64,000 nucleotides of DNA from a virus (taxonomy: Duplodnaviria; Caudoviricetes). The stretch is taken from the IMG/VR virus record IMGVR_UViG_3300009873_000003, positions 1 to 64,000 of that record. One strand, given 5' to 3'. A model generated the notes under the pieces. It worked only from the letters and a program-made list of their open reading frames with translations, did no database searches and was not told the DNA's origin. Numbering within the stretch: the stretch's first letter is position 1; the number at the start of each line of letters is the position of its first letter. A program made the position numbers and the translations under genes. Below, piece by piece: positions 38,395 through 49,270 of the stretch.

Positions 38395-39894
38395 ATGGCT
38401 CAACAATCAGTAGCACGGAACGACCTATCTCGTGCGTTTATTTTCAAAAATGGCATTGATGTTTGTGTGCCAACCTATCAGTATTTCCCCTGCCTTGGTG
38501 TGGATGCTCTGACGCAAGACTTCGGTGACATCACTCGTGTCGAATGTCCTGACCCCTACAACTACGGTCAGTTTATCGAGGTTGCTCAAGTTCCTGGCGA
38601 AGTGGGACGTATGACCACAACCTTGACCACAAGACTTAGCAGAACCGAACTTTCACTCTTCCGTAACTTCGCAGTGAAGGGCTGCGGTTTCGACTTGCAC
38701 TTGCACTTTGGTCTGTGTCAGAAACCCAACGACTTCAACGCTTTCGACAAAATGATGATTTTTGAAGACGTATTCGTCACATCCTACGGCACAGACGCCT
38801 TGACTGCTTTGCAATCTGCTGACCGTGAAACTATCATGGAAACGATTGACATTTCGATTGGCAACTATTATGAGATTGTTCCTTTGACTTTCTCGCAGCG
38901 TGACATTCCGCTTGTTGCTGGCCTGCTTCCTATCATCGATTCTGTCTATGCTGACAACTCTAGCTGTGGCGTAGATTGCGATAGTCCGAGCGATGGCTGC
39001 ACCGATTTGTTTGCAATCACTTCAGACGGTGTGCTGCTTTGGTCTAGAGACAATGGCAAGACGCATACGCTTGGCGCTCAAGACTGGGATACGACGGCTG
39101 GAACGAACATTGGCATCGGCTTTTTGAACAACTTCGTGTTCACCTACGTTAATGACGCTAACCTGAGTGTCGTGTTCGCAACGAAGGCGGACGCCTTAGC
39201 AGACATTGCCCCGACTGTTGTCTCTAACTTCGCCGGCAATCCTGACGCCTATGTTTATCGTGACCTTGGGATTGGGGCTGGCGTTGCGGTCGTGGTCGGC
39301 AACGATGGCTTCATCGCTTTGACTGACAACCCGACTCGTGGTTTTGACGAAGTCTATTCTGGCGTCTATTCAACTGAAAATCTGACTAAGATTCAATTCA
39401 GACCGAACAGTGACACAGCGTTGATTGTCGGTGAGAATGGCGCTGTTGTCAGTTTGATTGGCGGTGAGTTTGAAGGCATCTTGACTACTGGCAGTGTGAT
39501 TGCTGCACTTACCCTGACTGCTGCTCTGCCTGCAACTGACAAGAAATTCTTAGTTGGCGACACGCAAGGTAACATCTACTGTTCAACCACTCCTGAAGTT
39601 CCGTCAAGCTGGGCAATGATTCGGACGCCGATGTCAAACACAGGCGTTGCTGTCACTGACCTTGCCTATGTGACTAGCCACATCCTTGTCGCTTCGTTCG
39701 CTAATGGCGAAATTCTGATTAGCTATGATGGCGGTGGAACATGGAATCGTCATTTAACTGTCGCTGCGAAGTCTAATCACATCACAACTGCTGTGGCGAA
39801 TGACATTTTGGTCTGCTCCTACAATCCGAACCAAATCAATTTCTATGGTCAGAATGGCGCTGCTGGCTATATTCTGAACGGGTTTGCTAACTAA
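38395..39894 (+). CDS. tail tube-like N-domain + BNR/beta-propeller protein (paralog 2)
   Basis: GDIT.VECPDP, GCGFDLHLHFGLC.KP; SYDGGGTW; strong RBS and terminator. Confidence 0.55.
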   Translation: MAQQSVARNDLSRAFIFKNGIDVCVPTYQYFPCLGVDALTQDFGDITRVECPDPYNYGQFIEVAQVPGEVGRMTTTLTTRLSRTELSLFRNFAVKGCGFDLHLHFGLCQKPNDFNAFDKMMIFEDVFVTSYGTDALTALQSADRETIMETIDISIGNYYEIVPLTFSQRDIPLVAGLLPIIDSVYADNSSCGVDCDSPSDGCTDLFAITSDGVLLWSRDNGKTHTLGAQDWDTTAGTNIGIGFLNNFVFTYVNDANLSVVFATKADALADIAPTVVSNFAGNPDAYVYRDLGIGAGVAVVVGNDGFIALTDNPTRGFDEVYSGVYSTENLTKIQFRPNSDTALIVGENGAVVSLIGGEFEGILTTGSVIAALTLTAALPATDKKFLVGDTQGNIYCSTTPEVPSSWAMIRTPMSNTGVAVTDLAYVTSHILVASFANGEILISYDGGGTWNRHLTVAAKSNHITTAVANDILVCSYNPNQINFYGQNGAAGYILNGFAN

Positions 39895-39912
39895 AACCAA
39901 AACGCTCTAAAC

Positions 39913-39952
39913 ACAAGAGAGACTAGCTAATATTAGCCAGTCTCTCTTGTTT
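39913..39952 (+). terminator. hairpin terminator
   Basis: ACAAGAGAGACT/AGTCTCTCTTGT. Confidence 0.7.
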
Positions 39953-40034
39953 CATAGTCGCATATTTGACTCTAATCAGCCAAAATCAGATAATAAGTCA
40001 ATATGACTCATTTTGATGTTTAAGGGAATTAACC

Positions 40035-43000
40035 ATGCCTTTACTATGCCCTGATTGCAATAGCGACTGTGGACACATGATTAAGCCAGAGAGCTTAACG
40101 CCTGTCGCTATTCTATGCGATATGTCCACGCCTAAGAAAGATTACGAGCTATTGAACATTCTCTGTAATCCTGACAACGACCTTCCTGTTATTTCGGCTG
40201 TCGGCTTTAATCCTGCTGATGGCACGTTTGAGCTAAAATACTACAATCAGGACGGTACAGACTACACTGGCAATACTCCTGTATTGTGCACGAAAGACTT
40301 CTCCTACACGACACCATTAGTCTTCTGCCATAATGGTACAGATGTCACTAGAACTGATGTTTTCCAGAACGATTCTAACACGCCTCTTTTTAGCATTTGG
40401 CAGGATAAACTTGGTGCTGTTGTTGCTGCTCCACTTGCCGCTGACATTGTTGCTGGTTGGTGCACAGATGTTGACTACGAAACTTACGTTTTATGTGACG
40501 CTGGCAATAGTGCGAAACAATTTGTGCGTGTTGTCAAGTTCGACACAAACATTGTGCCAACCACTGTCGCTGACTACGAGCTAGACGGTCAGACAGTCTA
40601 CACCGCCGTTGGTCCTATCACAATGTGCAATCCAAAGGTTGTCGAAGATATTTGCATTTTTGAGATTGCGACCGATAACTTTGTAGAAGCAGCGCTGATT
40701 GACTATTCACAAAATCCACCGAAACTTTATGAGTTTGGAACGAATGTTGAAAGAATTCTACAACCTACAGAAAGACTTGGTCGATGTAATGCCATCGAAA
40801 TCTGTACAGAGACTGACGACCCTGAACTAAATGGCGAGTGTGGTCCTGGCGAAAATGTCAGTCTAACTCTTGTTGCTTCGCCAGACGCCGAAGTCTTGCA
40901 AGACACTTCGGCAGATACGTTGTGCGGTGGCTCTTGGTCGCACGCTCCAGAGACACCGAGCGCTCCATTTCCTATTAAAGAACCACTAACAGGAAACACG
41001 TTCAATGACGCTAACTGGGTTCTTAACGGCAGTGCGATGTTAACGGCAAACGGCATCATCGACGCCCCTGGCTCTGGTTGGTTACGTTTAACAAGTAATG
41101 CAAATGCTCAATTTGGCACAGCCATTCTCAACACAGCATTTCCGTCCACAGAAAGTGTCAACTTCGAGTTTGACTATGCTGTGTACGGCGGTTCAGGAGC
41201 AGATGGTATTTCAATTTTTTATCTTGACGGTGCGTTTCCGGTCACTGGCTCCGGCGCTAATGGTGGCGCTTTTGGGTATTCTTGGAACAACGCTTCCGGA
41301 CAAAATGGCATTCCGCATGGCATTGTTGGTATTGCTCTAGACGAATTTGGCACATTCGCTACAAACAACACTGTCGGTGTGGGTGGAAATAATGCAGGCG
41401 GCAACCGAGTTACAGTAAGAGGTGCTGGCAATGCTGGTACGCCAGGGAGTAACACTTACCCATTTATTTCTTCAGACGCAATGCCCCCTGGAAAGAGTTT
41501 GCTAAACCATCCACGTTCAGCGCCATTAAAGGTTCGTGGTTCCATTCTAAATGAAGGCGGTCAGTTACTTCTTTCTGTCCAAATTGACTTTCAAGATGGC
41601 GACGGGTTCGTCGCAGTTGTCAACCGAAGAAATATTACTGCCGGTATCGGTGGTGTCCTACCGCCAACGCTAAAAATCGGTTTTGGCGGCACGACAGGCG
41701 GTTTTAATAACTTCCACGAAATTAAAAACCTGACTGTCTCGACAGCGAGCAAACAATACTGGCGCTCATTCCCAATCACACACGACACTGTCCCTGCTTG
41801 CGCTACGGAAGTGAAGGTATGTGTTGATGTCGATATTACTATCACTGACGATACTCAATCTACCAGAGGTGGTGATAGTGAAGCTGAACACTGGCTCCGG
41901 ATTGTTGACATTGTCACGAACGAAACGCTTGACAATAAAATACTAGCTTCCGGTCCCATTAAAATCGATAAGAAATATACATTATCGGTTTGTACCGAAC
42001 CTATCGCCATCAACCGTATCCCTAATCTACGAGTCTATGTTGGCACGGAAAGTTACGATATTAATGGTTCATATGGTTCTCTTTGGGAAAATTTTAATGT
42101 CAAAGTTTTTGCAATAGGCTGCCCAAAAAAGCAACATATCACAACGCCGATTTCAGCGCCATGCCCACTCGAAGTCATTATTGTTGGTGGTTCTGTTGAT
42201 AGCACTGGCGGCGGCAATAGTACGACAGTCTATACCGCACCAGCAATCGATACTTCTCTCGTTTGTGCAGACGGTGCTCCAGCGTTGCGTTATGAAAGAC
42301 GAGATGCAGACGGTACATATACACTACAGTTCTATGGGCTTGACGGCAATCTGGTAACACCAACGACTTGGACTCCAGGCTCGTGCGATGCGATTCAACC
42401 CGACAGTGAGCTAGAAATTCTGTGCGACGACAATCGCTCATTCCTAAGACGTTATATTTCTGGTGAAACTGGCATTACAGTTGTCAACACCGATTTCGAT
42501 GGAACGACACTCTACACACCAGTTGGCACAGTTAGAAACTGCATTAGAAGTGGCATAGCAAACATTCTAGCCGATTGTTCAAATGTCTCCACACCTGTCG
42601 TTTCAATGGGACCGAACCTATTAGAAAACGGGGATTTCCAGAAATCGTCAGGGCTGGGTGCAACGTCTAACCCTGGCGCTGGTTGGACGACTGCCTACAC
42701 ACCTGCGAACAACATCTATGCGTCTGGCGTTCAAACCTATGCTTTCTTCAACACAAATGCCAGCGTTGTGACAAATGCTGCCGCTGCTGGCGTGTTGGCT
42801 CTGACTGGGCGTTCGATGGCTGTGAATGTTGGCCCAAATCTCGCAACGCCGATTATTTCTTGGGCGAACATCTATTTAGAGAATGGCTATCAGTATGCAC
42901 TCGAAGCCGATGTTGCCATGCTAGGCGGACCTTTCGGCGTGGATATTCGCATCAATGGTGCAGTAGTCGTAGCTATGACCGCACCACCAACACTTAACAC

Positions 43001-43766
43001 ATGGCGCAAGACACAAACCGTCTTCACCTATGCTGGCGCTACTGGATATGCGACTATTGCTTTGCATTCCAATACCGCCGCCGCTGGTGGGAACGACCAT
43101 TGTTTCGACAACTTCACGTTAAAACGTGTCACAGCAGCAAGAGTGGAAACAACGACACCTGTAGCCTACGATTCAACTGTGCGTGCTGTCATTGACCAGG
43201 TGCTCGAAATCGCTGGCTGTAACGATGCTAGACGTGACGAACTGCTTGCACAAATTCTGAACAAAGCGTCAGGTAGCGGCTATGTGACACCAGTCTGCGC
43301 TAACGGTGTGACCCTGTTACGCATTCTGACCGAGCGAAATACCATCGAATTCTTAGGCACAGATGGCGCTGCGGTCGCTGCTCCTGCGAACTACACCATT
43401 GGTCAATGTGCCGCCGCAGCAAACACAAATGTCACTGTTGAAACTTATCGTCTCGCTGGGAATGCGGTTGGTGTCTCGACAGCCTCAACAGCACCAGCCA
43501 GTAACCCGACAGTTGGCAACACAGTGACAATCACGCCACCTTTCAGAGCTTTGTCTTGGCAATGGCTGAGACAAACACCACACGACCCTGGCGATGGTTC
43601 GGTTGCAGCATTAACTGTGAATGGATTCATTTATCATGCAGGCAATGGTCCTATTTATCAAACAACTGGACAGTCGATTCAGTCGAGTTCAGGGCAGACG
43701 ATTAACACGACCTACACGTTAACCGCATCTGGTCTGGCATTTGTGGAAGTGACGGTGATACGCTAA
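40035..43766 (+). CDS. Cys-rich virion protein with L-type lectin and CBM-like domains
   Basis: WLRLTS..Q.G, GADGISIF, GIALDEFG, GFGGTTGG..NFHEI. Confidence 0.7.
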   Translation: MPLLCPDCNSDCGHMIKPESLTPVAILCDMSTPKKDYELLNILCNPDNDLPVISAVGFNPADGTFELKYYNQDGTDYTGNTPVLCTKDFSYTTPLVFCHNGTDVTRTDVFQNDSNTPLFSIWQDKLGAVVAAPLAADIVAGWCTDVDYETYVLCDAGNSAKQFVRVVKFDTNIVPTTVADYELDGQTVYTAVGPITMCNPKVVEDICIFEIATDNFVEAALIDYSQNPPKLYEFGTNVERILQPTERLGRCNAIEICTETDDPELNGECGPGENVSLTLVASPDAEVLQDTSADTLCGGSWSHAPETPSAPFPIKEPLTGNTFNDANWVLNGSAMLTANGIIDAPGSGWLRLTSNANAQFGTAILNTAFPSTESVNFEFDYAVYGGSGADGISIFYLDGAFPVTGSGANGGAFGYSWNNASGQNGIPHGIVGIALDEFGTFATNNTVGVGGNNAGGNRVTVRGAGNAGTPGSNTYPFISSDAMPPGKSLLNHPRSAPLKVRGSILNEGGQLLLSVQIDFQDGDGFVAVVNRRNITAGIGGVLPPTLKIGFGGTTGGFNNFHEIKNLTVSTASKQYWRSFPITHDTVPACATEVKVCVDVDITITDDTQSTRGGDSEAEHWLRIVDIVTNETLDNKILASGPIKIDKKYTLSVCTEPIAINRIPNLRVYVGTESYDINGSYGSLWENFNVKVFAIGCPKKQHITTPISAPCPLEVIIVGGSVDSTGGGNSTTVYTAPAIDTSLVCADGAPALRYERRDADGTYTLQFYGLDGNLVTPTTWTPGSCDAIQPDSELEILCDDNRSFLRRYISGETGITVVNTDFDGTTLYTPVGTVRNCIRSGIANILADCSNVSTPVVSMGPNLLENGDFQKSSGLGATSNPGAGWTTAYTPANNIYASGVQTYAFFNTNASVVTNAAAAGVLALTGRSMAVNVGPNLATPIISWANIYLENGYQYALEADVAMLGGPFGVDIRINGAVVVAMTAPPTLNTWRKTQTVFTYAGATGYATIALHSNTAAAGGNDHCFDNFTLKRVTAARVETTTPVAYDSTVRAVIDQVLEIAGCNDARRDELLAQILNKASGSGYVTPVCANGVTLLRILTERNTIEFLGTDGAAVAAPANYTIGQCAAAANTNVTVETYRLAGNAVGVSTASTAPASNPTVGNTVTITPPFRALSWQWLRQTPHDPGDGSVAALTVNGFIYHAGNGPIYQTTGQSIQSSSGQTINTTYTLTASGLAFVEVTVIR

Positions 43767-44872
43767 TGAACACAAGTGTTACCTACTCTAGTGCTCAGAG
43801 TGAAGCAATCGATAAGACCATCTACACTCGCTTTGCTGATGTTCGGCGTAGTGACAATGGTCTTGTGACTTTCAAGCTTGGCGCAACAGGGACACCGTTC
43901 ACAGCATACGCTTCTAATCAATATGGTGGTGGCTGGATTCTACTGGCGCAATTCGTTCATCGAGGCGGTACGAATCCAGCCATCACCACAATCAATGCAC
44001 ATAACAATCTTCCTGTACTTTCGACAGCACCACTAGGCACAGATGAATCAACAATTCCAACGCAATGGGGAACGATTTCTGCTACGTTTCTCAATCTCTT
44101 CCCAGACGCAACAACAGATTTAGAGCTATGGTTCTATGGACAGACGAACGCACATGCACGAGTGATTAGCTTCATCACAGACGCAATCATCGACAGATGG
44201 CGGACAAACACTGGAACAATGCTTGATGTCAGAGACAGGTACATCCTCCTACCAGAGCATACTGCCTTCTTACCAAGAGCAACCGACAGTTCTTACCAAC
44301 AACAGAATGTCACTAACTTTCCATTTTATAATGCTGGCGACTACCATTGGGGAATTCGTGGTTTAAACACTCGCTGGGAGGTTGACGATTTTACCAATAA
44401 CGACAGTCGGCATACGATACATCGAGTTTGGTGTCGTTATAAACCTGGCGTCACGCAACCGTTGGTCGTCAATGGTGATTTCCTACAGGGAAATGTTGGC
44501 TGGATACTAGCAGGGAATGTTGTTGTCACTGGTGGACAGGCTGTGTTTAGCGGCGGCGATACGCCAATCACAGGAGTTCTTTCGCAAGTTTGTGCTACAG
44601 AAGCTGGCTGCGAATATAACTTAAGATATAACGTCGGATTCGTCGGTGCTGGCCCAGGAATGCCGAGATTGCTTGTCGAAATTAGAGACGACGCAACGAA
44701 CGCACTCATCGTGCCTGCACAGCTTTCTGTTGGTCAACCAGCAGCAACATACAATGTTCGTTTCACGGCAAGAGGGCAGACGAGGTTGGTTTTCATCGAC
44801 AACACGACGAACACAACGAATAAAGATTGCACGTTAGATAACGTGTCATTAAGTAGATATATTCAAGGATAG
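43766..44872 (+). CDS. fibrinogen-like/lectin + DUF642-like carbohydrate-binding protein
   Basis: GGGWILLAQ; LVVNGDF...GW; LDNVSL. Confidence 0.5.
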   Translation: MNTSVTYSSAQSEAIDKTIYTRFADVRRSDNGLVTFKLGATGTPFTAYASNQYGGGWILLAQFVHRGGTNPAITTINAHNNLPVLSTAPLGTDESTIPTQWGTISATFLNLFPDATTDLELWFYGQTNAHARVISFITDAIIDRWRTNTGTMLDVRDRYILLPEHTAFLPRATDSSYQQQNVTNFPFYNAGDYHWGIRGLNTRWEVDDFTNNDSRHTIHRVWCRYKPGVTQPLVVNGDFLQGNVGWILAGNVVVTGGQAVFSGGDTPITGVLSQVCATEAGCEYNLRYNVGFVGAGPGMPRLLVEIRDDATNALIVPAQLSVGQPAATYNVRFTARGQTRLVFIDNTTNTTNKDCTLDNVSLSRYIQG

Positions 44873-44876
44873 AGAG

Positions 44877-45191
44877 ATGGCAAGCAATTCAGGACAAGGC
44901 GGCAATAGTCCGTTAAATGCGGTTGAACAGGCACATATTTTTAATGCTGTTGGTGTGAACTGGACACCAGCTAATGCGCCGGTTGGAACAAGGGTGACGT
45001 CGGTGTCAATGTCTGTGTTAGTGACAGATGCGGCTAACTCTGTGACTGATAGCGATGGAACAGTGACCACGAACATGCCTGCTGGCTTTTCGCAAACTTG
45101 GCAAGCAGCGAATGGGGCGACACTCAATCCACCGCAAATCATCAATCCTGGTCCAGCAGGGCGGATTTTAATCACATTCACAGTGAGATAA
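44877..45191 (+). CDS. hypothetical virion protein
   Basis: In the structural operon. Confidence 0.6.
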   Translation: MASNSGQGGNSPLNAVEQAHIFNAVGVNWTPANAPVGTRVTSVSMSVLVTDAANSVTDSDGTVTTNMPAGFSQTWQAANGATLNPPQIINPGPAGRILITFTVR

Positions 45192-45197
45192 AAAACT

Positions 45198-46805
45198 ATG
45201 GCAACGAATAGCAGTTTTGTGACAGCAGGTTCAGGTAACGAAGATTTTTTCAGAAGTGGCACAGCAGCGTTACCAGCTAAAGCAGATGGCACGAATGATG
45301 TGACTGAGAACATTACACGTGCTGGTGACACAGGTTTTGGTCTTGCTGACCCAACGCAAGTCGCTGCAAAGGTCGATGTCAATGGTGCAGAAGTCCTACG
45401 CCCTGTTGCCATCGCTAACCGCACGGCGAATGGTGCCATTGGCACAGCAGTGACAACCGTGGATGTCAGCAGCAATCTTTTACTAACGCAAACCACAGCA
45501 AACATTTCCGCAACACTGCCTAATCCTACGAACACACAAGCAGGTAGGCTGTTGTACATCGAAAATGGAAATGCCTCGACCGTTGCAATTGCCGTTAACG
45601 GCGTCAATCTCAACCCTGGCACTGGCACACAGTTCATCTGGTCAGGAACGGCATGGATTGGGCTTGGTGGGAATGTAGAAGATTTCTGGCGGAGTGGTAC
45701 TGGGGCAACTCTACCTGACGGCACAAATGATACTACAGATAGTATCACGCATAACGGTAATGTTGGTTTTGGTCTGACGAATCCGGCAACCTTAGCAGCA
45801 AGAGTCGATGTGAGTGGTTCAGCCGTCCTGCGTGCGTTAGCTCTAACAAACTTTGCTGCTAACGCTGCGATTGGCACTGCTGCGGCCACGGTTGATGCTG
45901 CCTCACACATCGTGATTCCACAGACAACAGCGAACATTAGTCTCACCTTACCTAACCCGACAAACACACAGTCAGGCAGAATCTTAGGCGTTCTAAACAC
46001 TGGCTCAACACCTGTGACAGTTGGTGGTCTCGTTATTCCTAATGGCGTTGGCGCACAGTTTGTTTGGAGTGGGACAGCGTGGATTCCTGAGTCAAGTGGT
46101 TCAGCACCGGACTTCTGGCGAAGTGGCACAGGCGCAACCTTGCCTGACGGTGTGACCGACCCAAGTGATGCCATCGCTCACTCTGGGAATCTGATGCTTG
46201 GTCTCCTGACGCCTAACACATCTGCTGGACGTTTTGATTTGACTGGTTCAACAGTTCTGCGTCCTGTTGCGTTAGGAAACTTCGCTGCGAATGCAGCAAT
46301 TGGAACAGCAGCAGCGACGGTTGATGTCGCTTCAACCATCACAATTAATCAAACCACAGCGAACATTGCAGTCACACTTCCTGGTCCAACGAACACACAG
46401 GTTGGCAGAATTGTGACAATCGCTAACATTGGCACAGTGCAATTGAAAGTTGGCGTTGTCTACTTGACCCCAGGTCGCTCTGCTTCATTCATTTGGACAG
46501 GGGCTGCGTGGTCGTTCATCGGCAATGAAGCAAGTTTCATTAATGTTGCTGCGTCAAGAGCAGCGTTAGCAACGGACCATTTGAAGACGATTCTTGCTGG
46601 TGCTGCCGCTATCACAATCACAGTGAACATAAATACTTTCCAATATGGTTTGTTTAGAGTTAGACAATCAACAAACGCAGGCATAATCACAATCGCTGCT
46701 GGCGCAGGTATGACGCTCGTTGCTCCATTTAGCGCTGCAACCCTTGGTTTAGCTGGCGCTGACACAATTGTCGAAGTTATAGGAACCACAGTGTACGTGT
46801 CATGA
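45198..46805 (+). CDS. tail fiber-like protein with three ~135-aa repeats
   Basis: Repeated DF(F/W)RSGT..LP.DG and TLPxPTNTQxGR. Confidence 0.65.
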   Translation: MATNSSFVTAGSGNEDFFRSGTAALPAKADGTNDVTENITRAGDTGFGLADPTQVAAKVDVNGAEVLRPVAIANRTANGAIGTAVTTVDVSSNLLLTQTTANISATLPNPTNTQAGRLLYIENGNASTVAIAVNGVNLNPGTGTQFIWSGTAWIGLGGNVEDFWRSGTGATLPDGTNDTTDSITHNGNVGFGLTNPATLAARVDVSGSAVLRALALTNFAANAAIGTAAATVDAASHIVIPQTTANISLTLPNPTNTQSGRILGVLNTGSTPVTVGGLVIPNGVGAQFVWSGTAWIPESSGSAPDFWRSGTGATLPDGVTDPSDAIAHSGNLMLGLLTPNTSAGRFDLTGSTVLRPVALGNFAANAAIGTAAATVDVASTITINQTTANIAVTLPGPTNTQVGRIVTIANIGTVQLKVGVVYLTPGRSASFIWTGAAWSFIGNEASFINVAASRAALATDHLKTILAGAAAITITVNINTFQYGLFRVRQSTNAGIITIAAGAGMTLVAPFSAATLGLAGADTIVEVIGTTVYVS

Positions 46806-47557
46806 TTTACGCAACCTTAGAAGACGTTTTACATCTATATAATGGCGGCGTGCGTTGGGAGACAGCCGTAATTCGCAATCCTGGCGCAACAGTTTTCACA
46901 ATTCCAGCGAATGTCGTTGCTGTTCGTGTCTTTGCTGTAGGTGCTGGCGGTGGCGGTGGCGGTACGAAACAAGGCAGGAATGGGCCATCGTCAGGTTCTG
47001 GTGGTGGCGCTGGTGGATTTAGTGCGTCAACCTTCCTAGTCACACCTGGCACGAACATTAACATGACAGTTGGCAATAATGGCGGCGGTGGAACTAGTGG
47101 TAATGCGAGCGCTGGTGGTGCAACGACTGTCACTTACGCCCCTGCTGGTATTAATCTTGTTGCTAATGGTGGAGCTGGCGGTATAGAGGTTGGTGGTAAC
47201 GCACCTGGTGCTGCTGGTGGAACTGCGTCAGGCGGTATGGTGAATGTGACAGGTGGCAGAGGTGGAGCTGGAAATAATAATTCGGCTAGAGGCGGTGGCG
47301 GTGGCGGCACAATGGGGAATAATGGTGCTGGCTTTAATGCTGGTTGCTTGAGTAATAACTTTGAACTCTACTTTGCACTTGGTTTAGCTGGCGCAGCAAC
47401 GAACTATTGTGGTGGCACAGGTGGTCAAGGTGGCGATGGTGGCGTTGGTGGACGTGGCTGCGGTGGTGGCGGTGCAGGAAAGCAGAGAACCAACACAAAT
47501 CGTGGCGGCAATGGTGGCGATGGCTACGTGGTGATTATGATGGCTAGGAGAAGATGA
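46802..47557 (+). CDS. glycine-rich tail-associated protein
   Basis: FTIPANV..VRVFAVGAGGGG...GGDGYVVI. Confidence 0.7.
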   Translation: MIYATLEDVLHLYNGGVRWETAVIRNPGATVFTIPANVVAVRVFAVGAGGGGGGTKQGRNGPSSGSGGGAGGFSASTFLVTPGTNINMTVGNNGGGGTSGNASAGGATTVTYAPAGINLVANGGAGGIEVGGNAPGAAGGTASGGMVNVTGGRGGAGNNNSARGGGGGGTMGNNGAGFNAGCLSNNFELYFALGLAGAATNYCGGTGGQGGDGGVGGRGCGGGGAGKQRTNTNRGGNGGDGYVVIMMARRR

Positions 47558-47589
47558 GGCAAAGATGTTGAGCACCTGGAGGGGCGAAG

Positions 47590-48318
47590 ATGTTGAGCAC
47601 CTATGTTGAGTTGACGCTTTTAGTTGTAGCTGTTATGACAATCACAGTTGCACTTTCATATGTAGTGAAATTCGCCTTGATGCGAGTCCTACGAAACACA
47701 TATCGAAGTTTCTTTTCTAACGCTGCGCAACTGTTTATCATTGTCATTGGGATTGTCACTGCACTGCGCTTAGCTAATATTGATTCGACAATTCTGCTAG
47801 CTGTCCTTGCAATAGTCACAGCAGGCATCAGTCTTGCCCTAGACCAAAGTGTGAAAGACGTCATCGGCGGTGTCAAGATAATTCTTTTCAAATATTACAA
47901 AGTCGGCGAATATGTTTCGTTCGATGATATTAAAGGCTTGGTCTTAGACATCAACCTTTTCTCAACTTCACTCAATGTCCAACCAAAAGGTTTAGTGGTT
48001 GTTGCTAACTCTAAAATCGTTGACGGCATCATCACCAACCATTCAAGACTCGATTCTGTTCGCTTCTTTCTGCAAATCCCTGTCACTGGCAAGCACAATC
48101 GAAACTATGCGCTATCACGAATCAAAGAAATTATCGATAAACATCCTGGAACATTGACAGGCGAGTCAAGAGTATTCCATCTATGGATTGATGGTGCGGA
48201 AACCTATCGTGTTCAATTAGAAATCATTGAATACGACAAACGTGAAGAAGTCGCAACAGACATTAGCGTGCGTCTAACGGAACTCTTAGAGGAATTAAAA
48301 GTCATTAATGCCAGCTAA
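47590..48318 (+). CDS. mscS: small-conductance mechanosensitive channel (MscS family)
   Basis: 3 TMs, GISLALDQSVKD.IGG..I, YKVGEYV, G.V.DI....T, VVANS.I...ITN.S. Confidence 0.8.
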   Translation: MLSTYVELTLLVVAVMTITVALSYVVKFALMRVLRNTYRSFFSNAAQLFIIVIGIVTALRLANIDSTILLAVLAIVTAGISLALDQSVKDVIGGVKIILFKYYKVGEYVSFDDIKGLVLDINLFSTSLNVQPKGLVVVANSKIVDGIITNHSRLDSVRFFLQIPVTGKHNRNYALSRIKEIIDKHPGTLTGESRVFHLWIDGAETYRVQLEIIEYDKREEVATDISVRLTELLEELKVINAS

Positions 48319-49270
48319 GAAAATAATGCTGTCCGTGCTGATTTTAATATATTTCATCCTAGGAGGGTTCGGTGTCACGAATCCTCTTTCTTCTAATCGT
48401 CTGCTTGACGACCACCTAAATGTCAATGTGTCTGAAATCTTTTCTAACACTAACGCTAATTCTAACGCTAACGCTAGCTTGCTTGCTTCAGATTTCACTG
48501 AGAATGACACTAGCTTTGGTGTGAATGACGGCATTCACCTTAATGACCTGATGGTTGTTTTCCTCGCTCCTAATCCTTTAGTCTGGAAACTGAACACCAT
48601 TGTACAAGATAAGGTTCCAAACCCGATTTCGACTGAAATAGTACCAATTTTAGAGCCAAAATCAACCGAAACGCCATTCGCAACACCGATTTCGACAATT
48701 GAGCCAGAAGTCACGGAGGTCAATGTTCCGACAACTGTTTCGACACCTAGCCCGAATCCATCACCTATTAGAAGCGAAACGAGAATTGAAGCTTCAACAG
48801 CAACACTGGAAGCAACGCAGACGCAAACATTAGTTCCAACTTTCGAGCCTTCTGCAACATCATCACCAGCATCGACAAGCACACCAACGCCTGAACCAGC
48901 ATCAACATTGACATCGACGTTTGAGCCAACGCTGACAACGACACCAACAACAGCACCAACGCTTGAATCAACATTGACTCCAACGTTTTCGCCAACTGCT
49001 GAGCCTTCTGTGACATCAACGCCAACGTTCGAGGCAACATTCACAGCAACGCCTGAACCCACATCAACATCGACTCTGACGCTTGAACCAACATTGACAG
49101 CAAGTGCTACAGCAAGTGCTACAGCAAGTGCTACAGCAAGTGCTACAGCAACATTCACAGCAACGCTTGCAATTGCACCGACCTACACGCCGAGGCCAAC
49201 ATTGACGCCACGTCCTACATATACATTATTACCGACCTACACACCGAGGCCGACCTATGGCTACAATTAA
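48308..49270 (+). CDS. secreted/membrane T/P-rich mucin-like protein
   Basis: Signal-like N-terminus; TPEP, ATAS and PTYTPR repeats. Confidence 0.7.
   Translation: MPAKKIMLSVLILIYFILGGFGVTNPLSSNRLLDDHLNVNVSEIFSNTNANSNANASLLASDFTENDTSFGVNDGIHLNDLMVVFLAPNPLVWKLNTIVQDKVPNPISTEIVPILEPKSTETPFATPISTIEPEVTEVNVPTTVSTPSPNPSPIRSETRIEASTATLEATQTQTLVPTFEPSATSSPASTSTPTPEPASTLTSTFEPTLTTTPTTAPTLESTLTPTFSPTAEPSVTSTPTFEATFTATPEPTSTSTLTLEPTLTASATASATASATASATATFTATLAIAPTYTPRPTLTPRPTYTLLPTYTPRPTYGYN

Noticed and set aside
44849-46174. 441-aa antisense ORF
   Set aside because: Shadow of repetitive plus-strand structural genes; no RBS or recognisable domain
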